A stretch of DNA of 35,368 bases from a candidate division WOR-3 bacterium (GCA_965648935.1 CBFGIY010000007.1:1-35368); one strand, 5' to 3'; positions 27,097 through 35,368 are shown, counted from the stretch's first letter. Numbers and translations are program-made. The notes: generated from the letters alone by a model not told the origin.

Positions 27097-28390
27097 CAGG
27101 ATTCAGCTGCCGGGCCGCATCGGCCATCGCAGCCAGGGCGCGCTCCGCCTGCGCCGTCTTGCGTTCGCGGCCGCGCATCCTGCCGGTAACAGGCGGCAGC
27201 AACCCGAAGTTCGCGTTCATCGGCTGAAAGGCATCGTTCGGCGAGCTCACGTAGGCGAGCAATGCGCCGGTCATCGTCTCTCTCGGCAACGCGGACGGCT
27301 CTTGTCCCAGCGCCAGCCGCGCCGCATTCACTCCCGCGACGAGTCCCGCGGCAATCGACTCGACATAACCCTCGACCCCGGTGAGCTGGCCGGCAACGAG
27401 CAGTTCTGCCCGCCCGCGCGTCTGCAGTGTTGCGAGCAGCGTCTTCGGCCCGTCGAGGAAGGTATTGCGGTGGATGCTGCCGAAACGCGCGAACTCGACA
27501 TGCGCGAGTCCCGGTATCAGACCGAACACCCGTTTCTGCTCGGCGTGCCGCAGGCGAGTCTGGAACCCGACGAGGTTGTACATCGTTCCGGCCGCATTCT
27601 CTCGCCTGAGCTGGACAACCGCGAACGGCCTGCGCCCGGTGCGCGGGTCAATCAGACCCACCGGTTTCAGCGGGCCGAACGCCAGCGCCATCCGCCCGCG
27701 CCGGGCGATCTCCTCGACCGGCAGGCAGCCCTCGAAAAACCCGGCGCTCTCGAAGTCATGCAGCGGGTGCAGCTCGGCCGCGAGCAGTTCGTCCACCAGC
27801 CGGTTGTACTCGCCCTCAGCCAACGGGCAGTTGAGGTAATCCTCGCCCGCGCCGTAGCGCGATGCGGCGAAGACCCGGTTGCGGTCCAGCGACTCGGCCA
27901 TGACTATCGGCGCGATGGCGTCGTGGAAAAACAGCCGCTCCGCACCGAGAGCATGGCCCAGCGCTTCGGCCAGCGGCGCCGAAGTCAGCGGCCCGCTCGC
28001 GATGACCGTGATGCCGTCAGGGACAGCCGTGACCTCGCGGCGTTCGATCTCTATCCCCATTCTGGCCAGCCGCGCGGCAACCGCGGCCGAGAAGGCCCCG
28101 CGGTCCACGACCAGCGCCTTGCCGCCCGGCACCCTTGCCTGCCCGGCAGCGGCCAGCAGCTCGCACCCGAGCATCGCAAGCTCGGCTTTCAGCAGACCGT
28201 GGGCATTGCCCGGCTCAACTGACTTGAGCGAATTGGAACAGACCAGCTCGGCAACATCCCCGGTCTGGTGTGCCTCGGTCATCTTCTCCGGCCGCATCTC
28301 GGCCAGCCGGACCGGGACGCCGCGACGGGCCACCTGCAACGCCGCCTCGCACCCGGCCAGCCCGGCGCCGACAACCGCGACCGTCTTCAA
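27089..28390 (-). CDS. trmFO: Folate/FAD-dependent tRNA (uracil-5)-methyltransferase TrmFO
   Basis: VVGAGLAGCEAA, ELVCSNS, FFEGCLPVE, YNLVGFQT, HRNTF, AGQLTGVEGYVES, FQPMNANFGL. Confidence 0.95.
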   Translation of the reverse strand: MKTVAVVGAGLAGCEAALQVARRGVPVRLAEMRPEKMTEAHQTGDVAELVCSNSLKSVEPGNAHGLLKAELAMLGCELLAAAGQARVPGGKALVVDRGAFSAAVAARLARMGIEIERREVTAVPDGITVIASGPLTSAPLAEALGHALGAERLFFHDAIAPIVMAESLDRNRVFAASRYGAGEDYLNCPLAEGEYNRLVDELLAAELHPLHDFESAGFFEGCLPVEEIARRGRMALAFGPLKPVGLIDPRTGRRPFAVVQLRRENAAGTMYNLVGFQTRLRHAEQKRVFGLIPGLAHVEFARFGSIHRNTFLDGPKTLLATLQTRGRAELLVAGQLTGVEGYVESIAAGLVAGVNAARLALGQEPSALPRETMTGALLAYVSSPNDAFQPMNANFGLLPPVTGRMRGRERKTAQAERALAAMADAARQLNPDD

Positions 28391-28394
28391 CCTG

Positions 28395-28429
28395 CCCTGC
28401 TCCCCGACCCCTGCTCCCTTGTCCCTGTC
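28395..28429. repeat. Degenerate heptamer array filling the intergenic gap
   Basis: ccctgct ccccgac ccctgct cccttgt ccctgtc. Confidence 0.65.
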
Positions 28430-29995
28430 CTAGAACAGCCCGCCGACCGACTGCCCGGCCGGATGCTCGACTTCGAACTCGATGTCGATCGTGAACCTGC
28501 CCCGCGCTGCGATCTCGGGCCGCCACGTGTACAAGCCCCGGTCCTTGTCCTCTTCCGCGGGTCTGGGTTCGAGCTTCTCCACCCTGACTCTGATCCGTTC
28601 ATCCTGCGAGACCGGCACCCCCTCGACCAGCTTGAGCATGGCCGCGCCGGGTTGGTAGTTCTCGATGGTCGTCCTGTACGCGAACCTGGTCTTCTCGGTC
28701 TTGGCAAAAAGCCCCTGGCGGGTTCTGTAGCTCTTCACCAGTTCACGCCTCACCTTGATACGCTCGTCGATGCCGAACCCGATCGCAGCCGACTCGCCGG
28801 GCGCGATACCGGGCAGCCAGGCCGAGCCGGTGAACTCGTCGCCGACATAGGTGTTGCCCTGCCCCGCGAGGAAGATGAAGTCGCTCGAGTTGGACAGCCT
28901 GCCGGTCAGGAACGCGGCCTCGCGCTGGCGCGGCGCGACCAGATACTCGAACTCGGCTGCCAGGCTCGCCTCGTGGAGCTTGAGCTTCTTGGGCGGTTCG
29001 CCGCTATTGAGGCTGACCCTTCCGGGAATGACGTACTGCAGCGCGACGCCGGTCTCGACGACCTCGGGCATCTCATCCTCGACGCCGGCCTTGGCATAGC
29101 CCGGCGCCATCATGACCCCATCCGCCATCTCGGCCGCGGCCCGGCCGAATGCGGAACGGCGCGGGCGCGGTTCGTACAGCGACAGATACCAGGGCGTCGG
29201 TTCGGGCGGCGTGTTGCCCGCGCTCGGCTGCATCGTTGAGAGCACGACCTTCACCCGGTCCCAGTCCTCGCCAGTACGCTGGGCCAGCCGGGCGAAGTAG
29301 CCCACGCCCGCCCTTTTCTCGGACGGGCTGGCGCGCAGCTCGTAGTAGGGCGACCAGCTCGCGGCGTTGGGGACCACGTATGAAAGCCGCAGCGCGTAGG
29401 TTCCGCTGCCATCGCACTCGACGCGGACTTCCTTGCGGTCTTCAACTGCGGACCGGGCATCGGCGTATTCCTGCCGCGCGGCGGCGAGCCGGCGGTCGGC
29501 CTCGGCCCGCTCGCGCGCGAGCTTCACGCCGCGGGCCTTCACCCGTGCCAGTTCGTCGCCCAGAAAAGACAAAGCGCCGCGCCACGCGTCAGGCGCGACC
29601 CGGCCCTGCTGCAGTTCCCGCGCGATCAGCTCCGGCGTGCCCAGCTTCACGGAGCCGAGAAACTCCTCTTTCGCCTTGAGCACCGCCGCCTCATCGTCCA
29701 GCGCCTTGAGCGCGTCCTCCAGCTCCTGCACGCGCAGTTCGAGCCGCCGCACTTCCGGTGTCGGCTCGGCCAGGTAGCCGCGGCGCACCTGCACCTCGCC
29801 GATGCGCAGACCCTCGGCACGGACGCGCACGGTGTTGTCCTGAATTGCGCCGGGCATACCCGAGAACACCAGCTCGCCCGGACCCGAAGCCGTGACCTGG
29901 GCACGACGCACGACCAGCACCTGGTTCGGGTACACGATCACCGAATCGACCTGCGACGACACAGTCGCCGCGGCCAGTACAATCCACAACATCAT
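28430..29995 (-). CDS. DUF4140/DUF4139 (MuiA-like) protein
   Basis: VDSVIVYPNQVLVVRR, coiled coil, LSYVV..ASWSPYYELR, QRTGEDW..VKVVLST, GFGIDERIKV; AGGAGG SD. Confidence 0.88.
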   Translation of the reverse strand: MMLWIVLAAATVSSQVDSVIVYPNQVLVVRRAQVTASGPGELVFSGMPGAIQDNTVRVRAEGLRIGEVQVRRGYLAEPTPEVRRLELRVQELEDALKALDDEAAVLKAKEEFLGSVKLGTPELIARELQQGRVAPDAWRGALSFLGDELARVKARGVKLARERAEADRRLAAARQEYADARSAVEDRKEVRVECDGSGTYALRLSYVVPNAASWSPYYELRASPSEKRAGVGYFARLAQRTGEDWDRVKVVLSTMQPSAGNTPPEPTPWYLSLYEPRPRRSAFGRAAAEMADGVMMAPGYAKAGVEDEMPEVVETGVALQYVIPGRVSLNSGEPPKKLKLHEASLAAEFEYLVAPRQREAAFLTGRLSNSSDFIFLAGQGNTYVGDEFTGSAWLPGIAPGESAAIGFGIDERIKVRRELVKSYRTRQGLFAKTEKTRFAYRTTIENYQPGAAMLKLVEGVPVSQDERIRVRVEKLEPRPAEEDKDRGLYTWRPEIAARGRFTIDIEFEVEHPAGQSVGGLF

Positions 29996-30043
29996 TCCTC
30001 CTGTCTTTGAATGTCAGCTCAACCTACCGGACCGGAACGTGAT

Positions 30044-31114
30044 TCATTCCCTTGCGGCGTGTTCGATGATGCCGCCGCCGAGCACAAGCTGTTCCTGCCA
30101 GAGCACCACGGCCTGCCCCGGCGCAGGCAGCCACTGCGGCTCCTCGAACTCGACGCGAATCGAGGCCGGTCCGGTGTGGGTGACCCGGGCCGGAGCATCC
30201 TGCCCCTGAGACCTCACCCGTGCCGTCACGCGCGAAACCTCGTTGCGTGCCGCGGGCCAGACCCAGCTTACGCTGCCGGCATAGACGACCCGGACTCGGG
30301 CCGCGTCTGCGTCGCCCAGCACCACGGTGTTTGTCTCGATGTCGATTCGCACGACGTAGCGTCTCTCGCCCAGGGCGATACCCAGGCCGCGCCGCTGACC
30401 AAGCGTGAATGATGCGATGCCGTCATGCTGACCCAGGACGTTGCCGGCGAGGTCGGTCACCGGGCCGGGTCGAAACAACTCGGGCCGGCGTGCTCTGAGG
30501 AAGGCACCGACGTCGCTGTCCGGAACGAAACAGACCTCCTGGCTCTCTTCACGCTCCGCAACCGCCAGACCGAGAGCCCGCGCCTTCTCTCTCACCTCGG
30601 ACTTGGTCAGTTCGCCGACCGGCATCGCCACCTGGCTTAGCTTGTCCTGCGTCATCCGATAGAGGAAATAGCTCTGGTCCTTGAACGGGTCACGGCCCCG
30701 GCAGAGCCGCCAGGCGCCGGCGTGCCCGACGACCCGTGCGTGGTGCCCGGTGGCGACAGCGTCCGCGCCGAGCGTCCGTGCCCGCTCGATGAGCTTCCCG
30801 AACTTCAGCTCGGTATTGCAGCGGATGCAGGGATTGGGGGTTCGGCCGAGAGCGTACTGGGTCTCGAAATCCTCTATGACGCACCGGCCGAAGTCTGCCC
30901 GAAAATCGGCGGTGTAGTAAGGGATGCCCAGCCTGCCGGCAACTCGCCGGGCCGACTCGACAGCGGCATCGCCGCAGCAGCCGCGCCCGCCCGGGCCTGA
31001 GGATAAGTCAAACAAGAGCATCGTGACGCCGATGACCTCGTGACCCTGGTCCTTGAGCAGGGCCGCGGCGACCGCCGAATCGACTCCTCCGCTCATCCCG
31101 ACCACGATGCGCAT
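30044..31114 (-). CDS. mnmA: tRNA 2-thiouridine(34) synthase MnmA
   Basis: GMSGGVDS, CC, TPNPCIRCN, ATGHHA, KDQSYFL, ESQEVCF, TLGQRRGL, PGQAVV. Start moved to ATG 31114. Confidence 0.96.
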   Translation of the reverse strand: MRIVVGMSGGVDSAVAAALLKDQGHEVIGVTMLLFDLSSGPGGRGCCGDAAVESARRVAGRLGIPYYTADFRADFGRCVIEDFETQYALGRTPNPCIRCNTELKFGKLIERARTLGADAVATGHHARVVGHAGAWRLCRGRDPFKDQSYFLYRMTQDKLSQVAMPVGELTKSEVREKARALGLAVAEREESQEVCFVPDSDVGAFLRARRPELFRPGPVTDLAGNVLGQHDGIASFTLGQRRGLGIALGERRYVVRIDIETNTVVLGDADAARVRVVYAGSVSWVWPAARNEVSRVTARVRSQGQDAPARVTHTGPASIRVEFEEPQWLPAPGQAVVLWQEQLVLGGGIIEHAARE

Positions 31115-31120
31115 CGACCC

Positions 31121-31149
31121 AAGATACGTCGTCGGCACTGCGCTGTCAA
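31121..31149 (-). promoter_or_regulatory. Promoter of mnmA, leaderless geometry
   Basis: TTGACA (31149-31144), 17 nt, TATCTT (31126-31121), 6 nt, ATG 31114. Confidence 0.7.
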
Positions 31150-31204
31150 TCAGCCCAGCGCCCGGCCTGAGCCGGGCGCTGGCAGGATTGTGAGACCGGT
31201 CGTC

Positions 31205-31480
31205 CTAGAGGCGGGTCGTGCCGCGCTGGCTAATCTCGTGCCGTATGGAAATCCAGAGCTCCTGATGCACGGCCGGCGGAACCTCGCAATTCGGCTCGAG
31301 ATGGCAGTAGTGAACAAGACGCTTCATCGAACGCAGCATCTCGGCGCAGGTCCGGCAACCCTGAATGTGAACCAGCAGTTGCCGCCGCGCCTCGGAATCC
31401 ATTTCGCCCTCAAGGTACTCCGCTACCCACTCGACCAGTTCCTGGCAGTCAGTGCAGAAGTTGCCGTTGTTCTCTTCCAT
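31205..31480 (-). CDS. Soluble zinc-binding anti-sigma factor (zf-HC2/ZAS)
   Basis: C..LVEWVAEYLEGEM...HIQGCRTC (HxxxCxxC); no transmembrane segment; directly downstream of the ECF sigma gene. Confidence 0.88.
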   Translation of the reverse strand: MEENNGNFCTDCQELVEWVAEYLEGEMDSEARRQLLVHIQGCRTCAEMLRSMKRLVHYCHLEPNCEVPPAVHQELWISIRHEISQRGTTRL

Positions 31481-31488
31481 AGATACAT

Positions 31489-32094
31489 CTACAAGTACTC
31501 GGCCAACACCTTTCGCAATTCCAGCCTGCCGCGGTGCAGACGCGACTTTACCGCCGGCACTGTAAGATTCAGAATCTTGCTCACTTCCTCGTTGCTCAGT
31601 CCCTCAAGGTCGCGCAGCACTACCACCGAACGGTAATCCGGTGGCAGGTCTTCCACCGCCTTCTGAAGCGCATCGCGCAGCTCGCGCTGCTGCATCATCT
31701 TCTCCGGGCTGTACCTGTAGTCAGGTATCTCCAAGGGCAGGTCGCCCTCGGGCCCGGCCGGGTCGTCTATCGACACCAGTTGGACTTTCTCGCGCTTCCT
31801 CAGTTTCGTTAGACTGACATTGGTGGCAATGCGATACAGCCAGGTGAAGAACGAGGACTTGAACTGAAACTTGGGCAGGAACCGGTAGGCCCGCAAGAAT
31901 GCGTCCTGCAACACCTCGCTGGCATCACGCTCGTTACCCATGAGGCGGTAAGCGATATTGTAAACCTTACGCTCGTAGCGTCTTACCAGCTCCTCAAAAG
32001 CATCGCCATTGCCTGCCTGAGCCCGACGCACCAGTTCGTCATCGGGGACGGGCAGCGCTTTGGGTGCGGGTTGAAGTGGTCCGGCTTCGCTCAC
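31489..32094 (-). CDS. ECF sigma-70 family RNA polymerase sigma factor
   Basis: AFEELVRRYE, QDAFLRAY, SSFFTWLYRIATN, LRDLEGLS.EE, VKSRLHRGR. Confidence 0.95.
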   Translation of the reverse strand: MSEAGPLQPAPKALPVPDDELVRRAQAGNGDAFEELVRRYERKVYNIAYRLMGNERDASEVLQDAFLRAYRFLPKFQFKSSFFTWLYRIATNVSLTKLRKREKVQLVSIDDPAGPEGDLPLEIPDYRYSPEKMMQQRELRDALQKAVEDLPPDYRSVVVLRDLEGLSNEEVSKILNLTVPAVKSRLHRGRLELRKVLAEYL

Positions 32095-32099
32095 GCGCT

Positions 32100-32127
32100 A
32101 AGATACCCTCGGGCCGGCCGAAGTCAA
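32100..32127 (-). promoter_or_regulatory. Promoter of the ECF sigma gene, leaderless geometry
   Basis: TTGACT (32127-32122), 16 nt, TATCTT (32105-32100), 5 nt, GTG 32094. Confidence 0.6.
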
Positions 32128-32167
32128 CCGCGCTGAACGCACGGCTCGGCCGGCCCGGGCAAACTCC

Positions 32168-33100
32168 TCAGGGCAGAGACGGCACGATGCGCTGACCGCG
32201 CCACCGGCCGGGCGAGTTGTCGAAGACCTGCACCACGTGGTAAATCACGCCGATCGACTTGCGCGGCGCCGGCCCGTGGAAATAGTCGTGCACTAGGTTG
32301 ATGTACTCGACCACGTTCCGCTCGTACTCGGTCAGACCAGGGTCATCGGGATGCAGCATCTGGGCGATGCAGCGCAGCTCGTAGGACTTCGGCAGGTCGA
32401 GAAACACAACCGCCACCGCCGGGTCGACCATCTGGTTCAGGAACGTGTGGGTCTGGAAGTTCGGCTGGGCATACAATTCGAGCGAAGCCTGTTTGGTCTT
32501 GTCGTACATGTCGGTTTCGCTGGCGTACAGGCTTTCGAGCAACGCGACCTTCTTCGGCATCGAGTCGTCCCAGGTCGACTTCAGCAGCGCTATCATCTCG
32601 GCGAGTTTCTCCGGCCTGGGCAGCCAGCCCGTACCTTTGACCGCGTTGTTGATGGTGAAGTCCGAGTCCTTGCGCTTAGCCCCGTGCGAGGCGACGATGG
32701 CGTTGTGCGGACCGGCGACCTCGGGTCTGCCCGCGCCCATCCCGCTGCCTGACATCATCTTCTTTATCTCGGCCAGCTGCTCGCGTCGCCGGCCGAAGTT
32801 CCAGTCGAGGAAGCCCTGCGGCAGCTCAACCACCTTGAGTTCCTGCCATTTGCCCTCAACCCTGGCCCGGATGATGCCCTTGTCGTAGCGGGACAGGTCG
32901 ATGTTGTCCTGGCGGAACCAGCCCTTCCAGGTTCCGCGCTTGCCGCTGGGGTCGCTTGTATCGGGATGAAAGACCACATCGCGCCAGTACCACGCACTGC
33001 CGTGCTCAAGATTGTCGAACTTCACAGCACCGGGCTTGGCCTCAGCCGTCATTCCCATCACCGCCACGAGCGCGATTGCGCTGACCAACCATCTCTTCAT
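32168..33100 (-). CDS. Exported hypothetical protein; C-terminal half possibly a PNPOx-like FMN-binding split barrel
   Basis: Signal peptide MKRWLVSAIALVAVMGMTAEA; AGGAG SD. THTFLNQMVDPAVAVVF...SYELRCIA resembles the split-barrel 'T..Nl..nP.v.l.f' pattern (weak). Confidence 0.65.
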   Translation of the reverse strand: MKRWLVSAIALVAVMGMTAEAKPGAVKFDNLEHGSAWYWRDVVFHPDTSDPSGKRGTWKGWFRQDNIDLSRYDKGIIRARVEGKWQELKVVELPQGFLDWNFGRRREQLAEIKKMMSGSGMGAGRPEVAGPHNAIVASHGAKRKDSDFTINNAVKGTGWLPRPEKLAEMIALLKSTWDDSMPKKVALLESLYASETDMYDKTKQASLELYAQPNFQTHTFLNQMVDPAVAVVFLDLPKSYELRCIAQMLHPDDPGLTEYERNVVEYINLVHDYFHGPAPRKSIGVIYHVVQVFDNSPGRWRGQRIVPSLP

Positions 33101-33545
33101 TTGGCTCTCCTATGCAGGCGAGATTCTCGCCTGGCTCGAGTCTGCGTACGATTTCAGGCAGGGCGCGACCCTTGCGTCGTTCGCCCCGGTCCACCACGAC
33201 CACGGCCAGCGCGCCCAGCGCCAGCCCCGCGCCGCCGAGGATTCCAGCCCAGGTATCGCTCAGAATCAGCCCGCCGGCGAGCACCCCGGCCAGCATCAGC
33301 GCGCCCGGAATGCCGAATGCGGCAAGTGCCGAAAGCGCGCCGCTGCGCTCGCTCGCGCCGACCACCACCCGGTCGCCGACCGCGGCGCGCGCGGTGTTAC
33401 GCGCCAGCAGCACGCGCTTCCTGCTGCCGAAGGCGCCGCAGACCCCGGCATTGGCGCAGCCGCCGCAGGCCTCGCCCGCGGTCACCTCGACCTCGGCCGT
33501 TTCGCCCGTGGTGCGCAGCACCCGGGCCGGGCTCTCCTGGCTCAA
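33042..33545 (-). CDS. RseC/MucC family membrane protein
   Basis: ACGGCANAGVC, AAVGDRVVV and two hydrophobic helices. Start moved to TTG 33545 (TTGA overlap with the upstream stop). The 3' end overlaps the next gene by 59 nt. Confidence 0.8.
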   Translation of the reverse strand: MSQESPARVLRTTGETAEVEVTAGEACGGCANAGVCGAFGSRKRVLLARNTARAAVGDRVVVGASERSGALSALAAFGIPGALMLAGVLAGGLILSDTWAGILGGAGLALGALAVVVVDRGERRKGRALPEIVRRLEPGENLACIGEPNEEMVGQRNRARGGDGNDG

Positions 33546-33826
33546 GTTGTCTTCTGCGCCGCGGCGCGCGCCTTTGCCCGACGCCTGAACTGACCGATTC
33601 GCCAGTTGGCGTACAGGATGCCGCCGGTCACGGCCAGCACTACCAGGCCGAGCGCCACGGCCGCGCCGACATACTTCTCGATGATGCGCCAGCTGTGCAG
33701 CCGGAAGAACGCCAGCGCATCGTGTTTGATATCGACAAGCATCACGAACGCAGTCACGCCGGTTACAAGCAGGAAGGGCGCAACCGCGGCGCCGACATAG
33801 AGGTGCAACTTGCGCAGCAGGTTCAC
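33542..33826 (-). CDS. Small two-helix membrane protein with PepSY-TM-like histidine motifs
   Basis: LRKLHLYVG...FLLVTG and RLHSW...LAVTG; start/stop overlaps with both neighbours. Confidence 0.7.
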   Translation of the reverse strand: MNLLRKLHLYVGAAVAPFLLVTGVTAFVMLVDIKHDALAFFRLHSWRIIEKYVGAAVALGLVVLAVTGGILYANWRIGQFRRRAKARAAAQKTT

Positions 33827-34392
33827 TTGTCATCCTCCTCGCGGTAGCGATTGAAGAACGCCATCTCTTCCAGCGGCAGCCGCTCGGGCCGGCTCTTCTC
33901 CCACTCGACCTGCTTCTCGCTCAACGCGGGGCTGACCGTCGCCGCACGCCGGCCGATGTTCACCAGAGTAATCACCGTCATCGACTCGGGGATGCCCAGC
34001 GCGGCGCGCGCCTTGTCCGGGTCATAGCCGGCAATCGGATGCGCGACCAGACCAAGCTCGGTCGCGCGCAGGATGAGCAAGGCCGTCTGCATGCCGGTGT
34101 CAAACAGCCAGTACTCGCGCCCCTTGATCAGGCAGTCCGATTCGCGCTCGGCGAAGACCGCGACGATCATCGATGCGGCCCTGGCCCAGGCATTGCCCTT
34201 GTTCAGCGCCTCCTTGATACGCTCGAGCGCGTCCGCTTCCCAGACGAAGCAGAACCGCGCCGGCTGATTGTTGTTGCAGGTCGGCGCAAGCTGGGCGTGG
34301 CGCGCGAGATCGCGGGCCAGCTCCTCGTCCACCGGGACCGGGTCCAGCGACCGATATGCCCGGCGCTCGTGTATCGCGGCTGTCACGTCCAT
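33823..34392 (-). CDS. Nitroreductase family protein
   Basis: AIHERRAYR, LAPTCNNNQP, DTGMQ..LLILRATELGLVAHPIAGYD. Confidence 0.92.
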   Translation of the reverse strand: MDVTAAIHERRAYRSLDPVPVDEELARDLARHAQLAPTCNNNQPARFCFVWEADALERIKEALNKGNAWARAASMIVAVFAERESDCLIKGREYWLFDTGMQTALLILRATELGLVAHPIAGYDPDKARAALGIPESMTVITLVNIGRRAATVSPALSEKQVEWEKSRPERLPLEEMAFFNRYREEDDK

Positions 34393-34401
34393 GGATTCTC
34401 C

Positions 34402-34995
34402 CTAGAACTCGGTCACCTCGCCGCCGCGGATTGCCCGTCGGCTGCGCGAGTTCACGTCGAATGTCGCTCCCGGCTCTATCTGCGCGTCGTCCGGGTACCC
34501 GCGCTGTTCCCAGTAGCCGGCTATCGACCGGTCCGTCAGGGTGATCCGCTCCAGCGCCTTGGCGCTCTTGTAGCCCCAGAGCTGAGGGATGAACATCCGC
34601 AACGGCCCGCCGTACTCCGGCTCGAGGTACTCGCCCCCGACCTTGTAGCACAGCAACACCTTCTCGTAGTTCATCTCCGAGAGCGGCACCGATGTCGTGT
34701 ACCCGCCCCGGCTCGAGAGCAGCGCGTGGCCGGCTCCGGGCAGGAGTTTGAACTGCGTGATGAGGTCGGAAAACCGTACCCCCTGCCAGTCGCAGCGCAC
34801 GCTCCAGCCGCTCACCGAAGTCAGCCGCGCATTGACCGTGGTCATCGGCAGCGCCTCGATCTCGGCAAAGGTCAGCACGTGCGGCGCGCCCCTGACAAGA
34901 CCGTCAATGGTCAGAGTCCAGCTCTCCCGCCGCGTGTCAGCCGGGACCCCCTCGGCGTAGAAGACCGGAACTCCGAGTTCCTTAAGCCGTGTCAA
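34402..34995 (-). CDS. Sulfite-oxidase-family (MsrP/YuiH-like) molybdopterin-binding protein with Ser at the Mo-ligand Cys position
   Basis: WTLTIDGLV, LTSVSGWS, WQGVRFSDL, GYTTSVPL, EYGGPLR, WGYKSAK, GYWEQRGY. Confidence 0.85.
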   Translation of the reverse strand: MTRLKELGVPVFYAEGVPADTRRESWTLTIDGLVRGAPHVLTFAEIEALPMTTVNARLTSVSGWSVRCDWQGVRFSDLITQFKLLPGAGHALLSSRGGYTTSVPLSEMNYEKVLLCYKVGGEYLEPEYGGPLRMFIPQLWGYKSAKALERITLTDRSIAGYWEQRGYPDDAQIEPGATFDVNSRSRRAIRGGEVTEF

Positions 34996-35000
34996 CCGGG

Positions 35001-35249
35001 TCAGACCTCCATTGACTTGACGTGCACGCCCCTGATGGCGCGCAGATCCTTTTTCAGGGCCGCGACCTCCCTCGCCTTGCCGCAGACGTTGAGCAGTATC
35101 AGCCCGTCTTCGGCGCAGACGTTGCCGATCTCGTGCAGACCGATGCGCAGGGAGATTATGCAGCCGTGCTTGGTCAGGGTCTGCTGAACCCGCGCGGCCT
35201 CCAGGCTACGGCGGTCAATCCGCACGGCCAGTATTGTACGGCAGTTCAC
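35001..35249 (-). CDS. TM1266-like small ACT/NikR-C-type protein (putative iron-only hydrogenase regulator family)
   Basis: VQQTLTKHGCIISLRIGLHE...GLILL; AAAGGAG SD; GTG start. Confidence 0.75.
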   Translation of the reverse strand: MNCRTILAVRIDRRSLEAARVQQTLTKHGCIISLRIGLHEIGNVCAEDGLILLNVCGKAREVAALKKDLRAIRGVHVKSMEV

Positions 35250-35368
35250 GCTCTTCTCCTTTCAGTCAGCTACTGAAGTAGGATTATGTCCGTGGCCCGA
35301 CCCGGGTCAAGCCGCAGGCACCGCAACAGACCGCGTTGGCGGCCCCGGGGGGGGCGGCAACCCGAAAA

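Noticed and set aside
33546..33833. N-terminal extension of the RseC ORF
   Set aside because: Overlaps the 94-aa membrane gene; the TTGA-coupled start at 33545 fits the family length.
35330..35368. G-run and imperfect hairpin at the right edge
   Set aside because: Truncated, low-complexity sequence that cannot be interpreted without flanking DNA.

Overview
GC-rich bacterial chromosomal window, densely coding and mostly on the minus strand. The secreted beta-propeller and peptidase proteins with 'D/NxxGR...GVY/HF' C-terminal sorting domains and Lys-Gly-rich Kelch-like repeats resemble the repertoire I associate with candidate phylum WOR-3 (inference, not a search result). Left to right: (1) a >1000-codon secreted multi-propeller gene that runs off the left edge, is missing from the ORF track and has one in-frame TAA at codon 53; (2) a YncE-like propeller, a SirB1-like/TPR protein and another secreted protein; (3) rpmB, two RMD/GMD-family SDRs and a GT2, facing a GT4; (4) a self-contained four-gene operon at 12507-18209 encoding an unknown 282-aa protein, two BrxD/DUF2791-type P-loop ATPases (one with a Tudor-like N-terminus) and an Lhr-like DExH helicase; (5) an S8 protease, uvrC, rtcB, DUF4342, an M28 peptidase, trmFO, DUF4139 and mnmA; (6) an ECF sigma/ZAS anti-sigma pair; (7) a six-gene redox cluster whose sulfite-oxidase-family protein has Ser at the Mo-ligand Cys position. 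The operon in (4) is the best candidate for an undescribed Shango/BREX-related anti-phage system. Two patterns recur across the window: sigma70-type promoters placed 5-8 nt before start codons (probable leaderless mRNAs) and short degenerate heptamer arrays. I saw no tRNA, rRNA, CRISPR array, integrase or transposase. All family calls come from motif recognition by eye.
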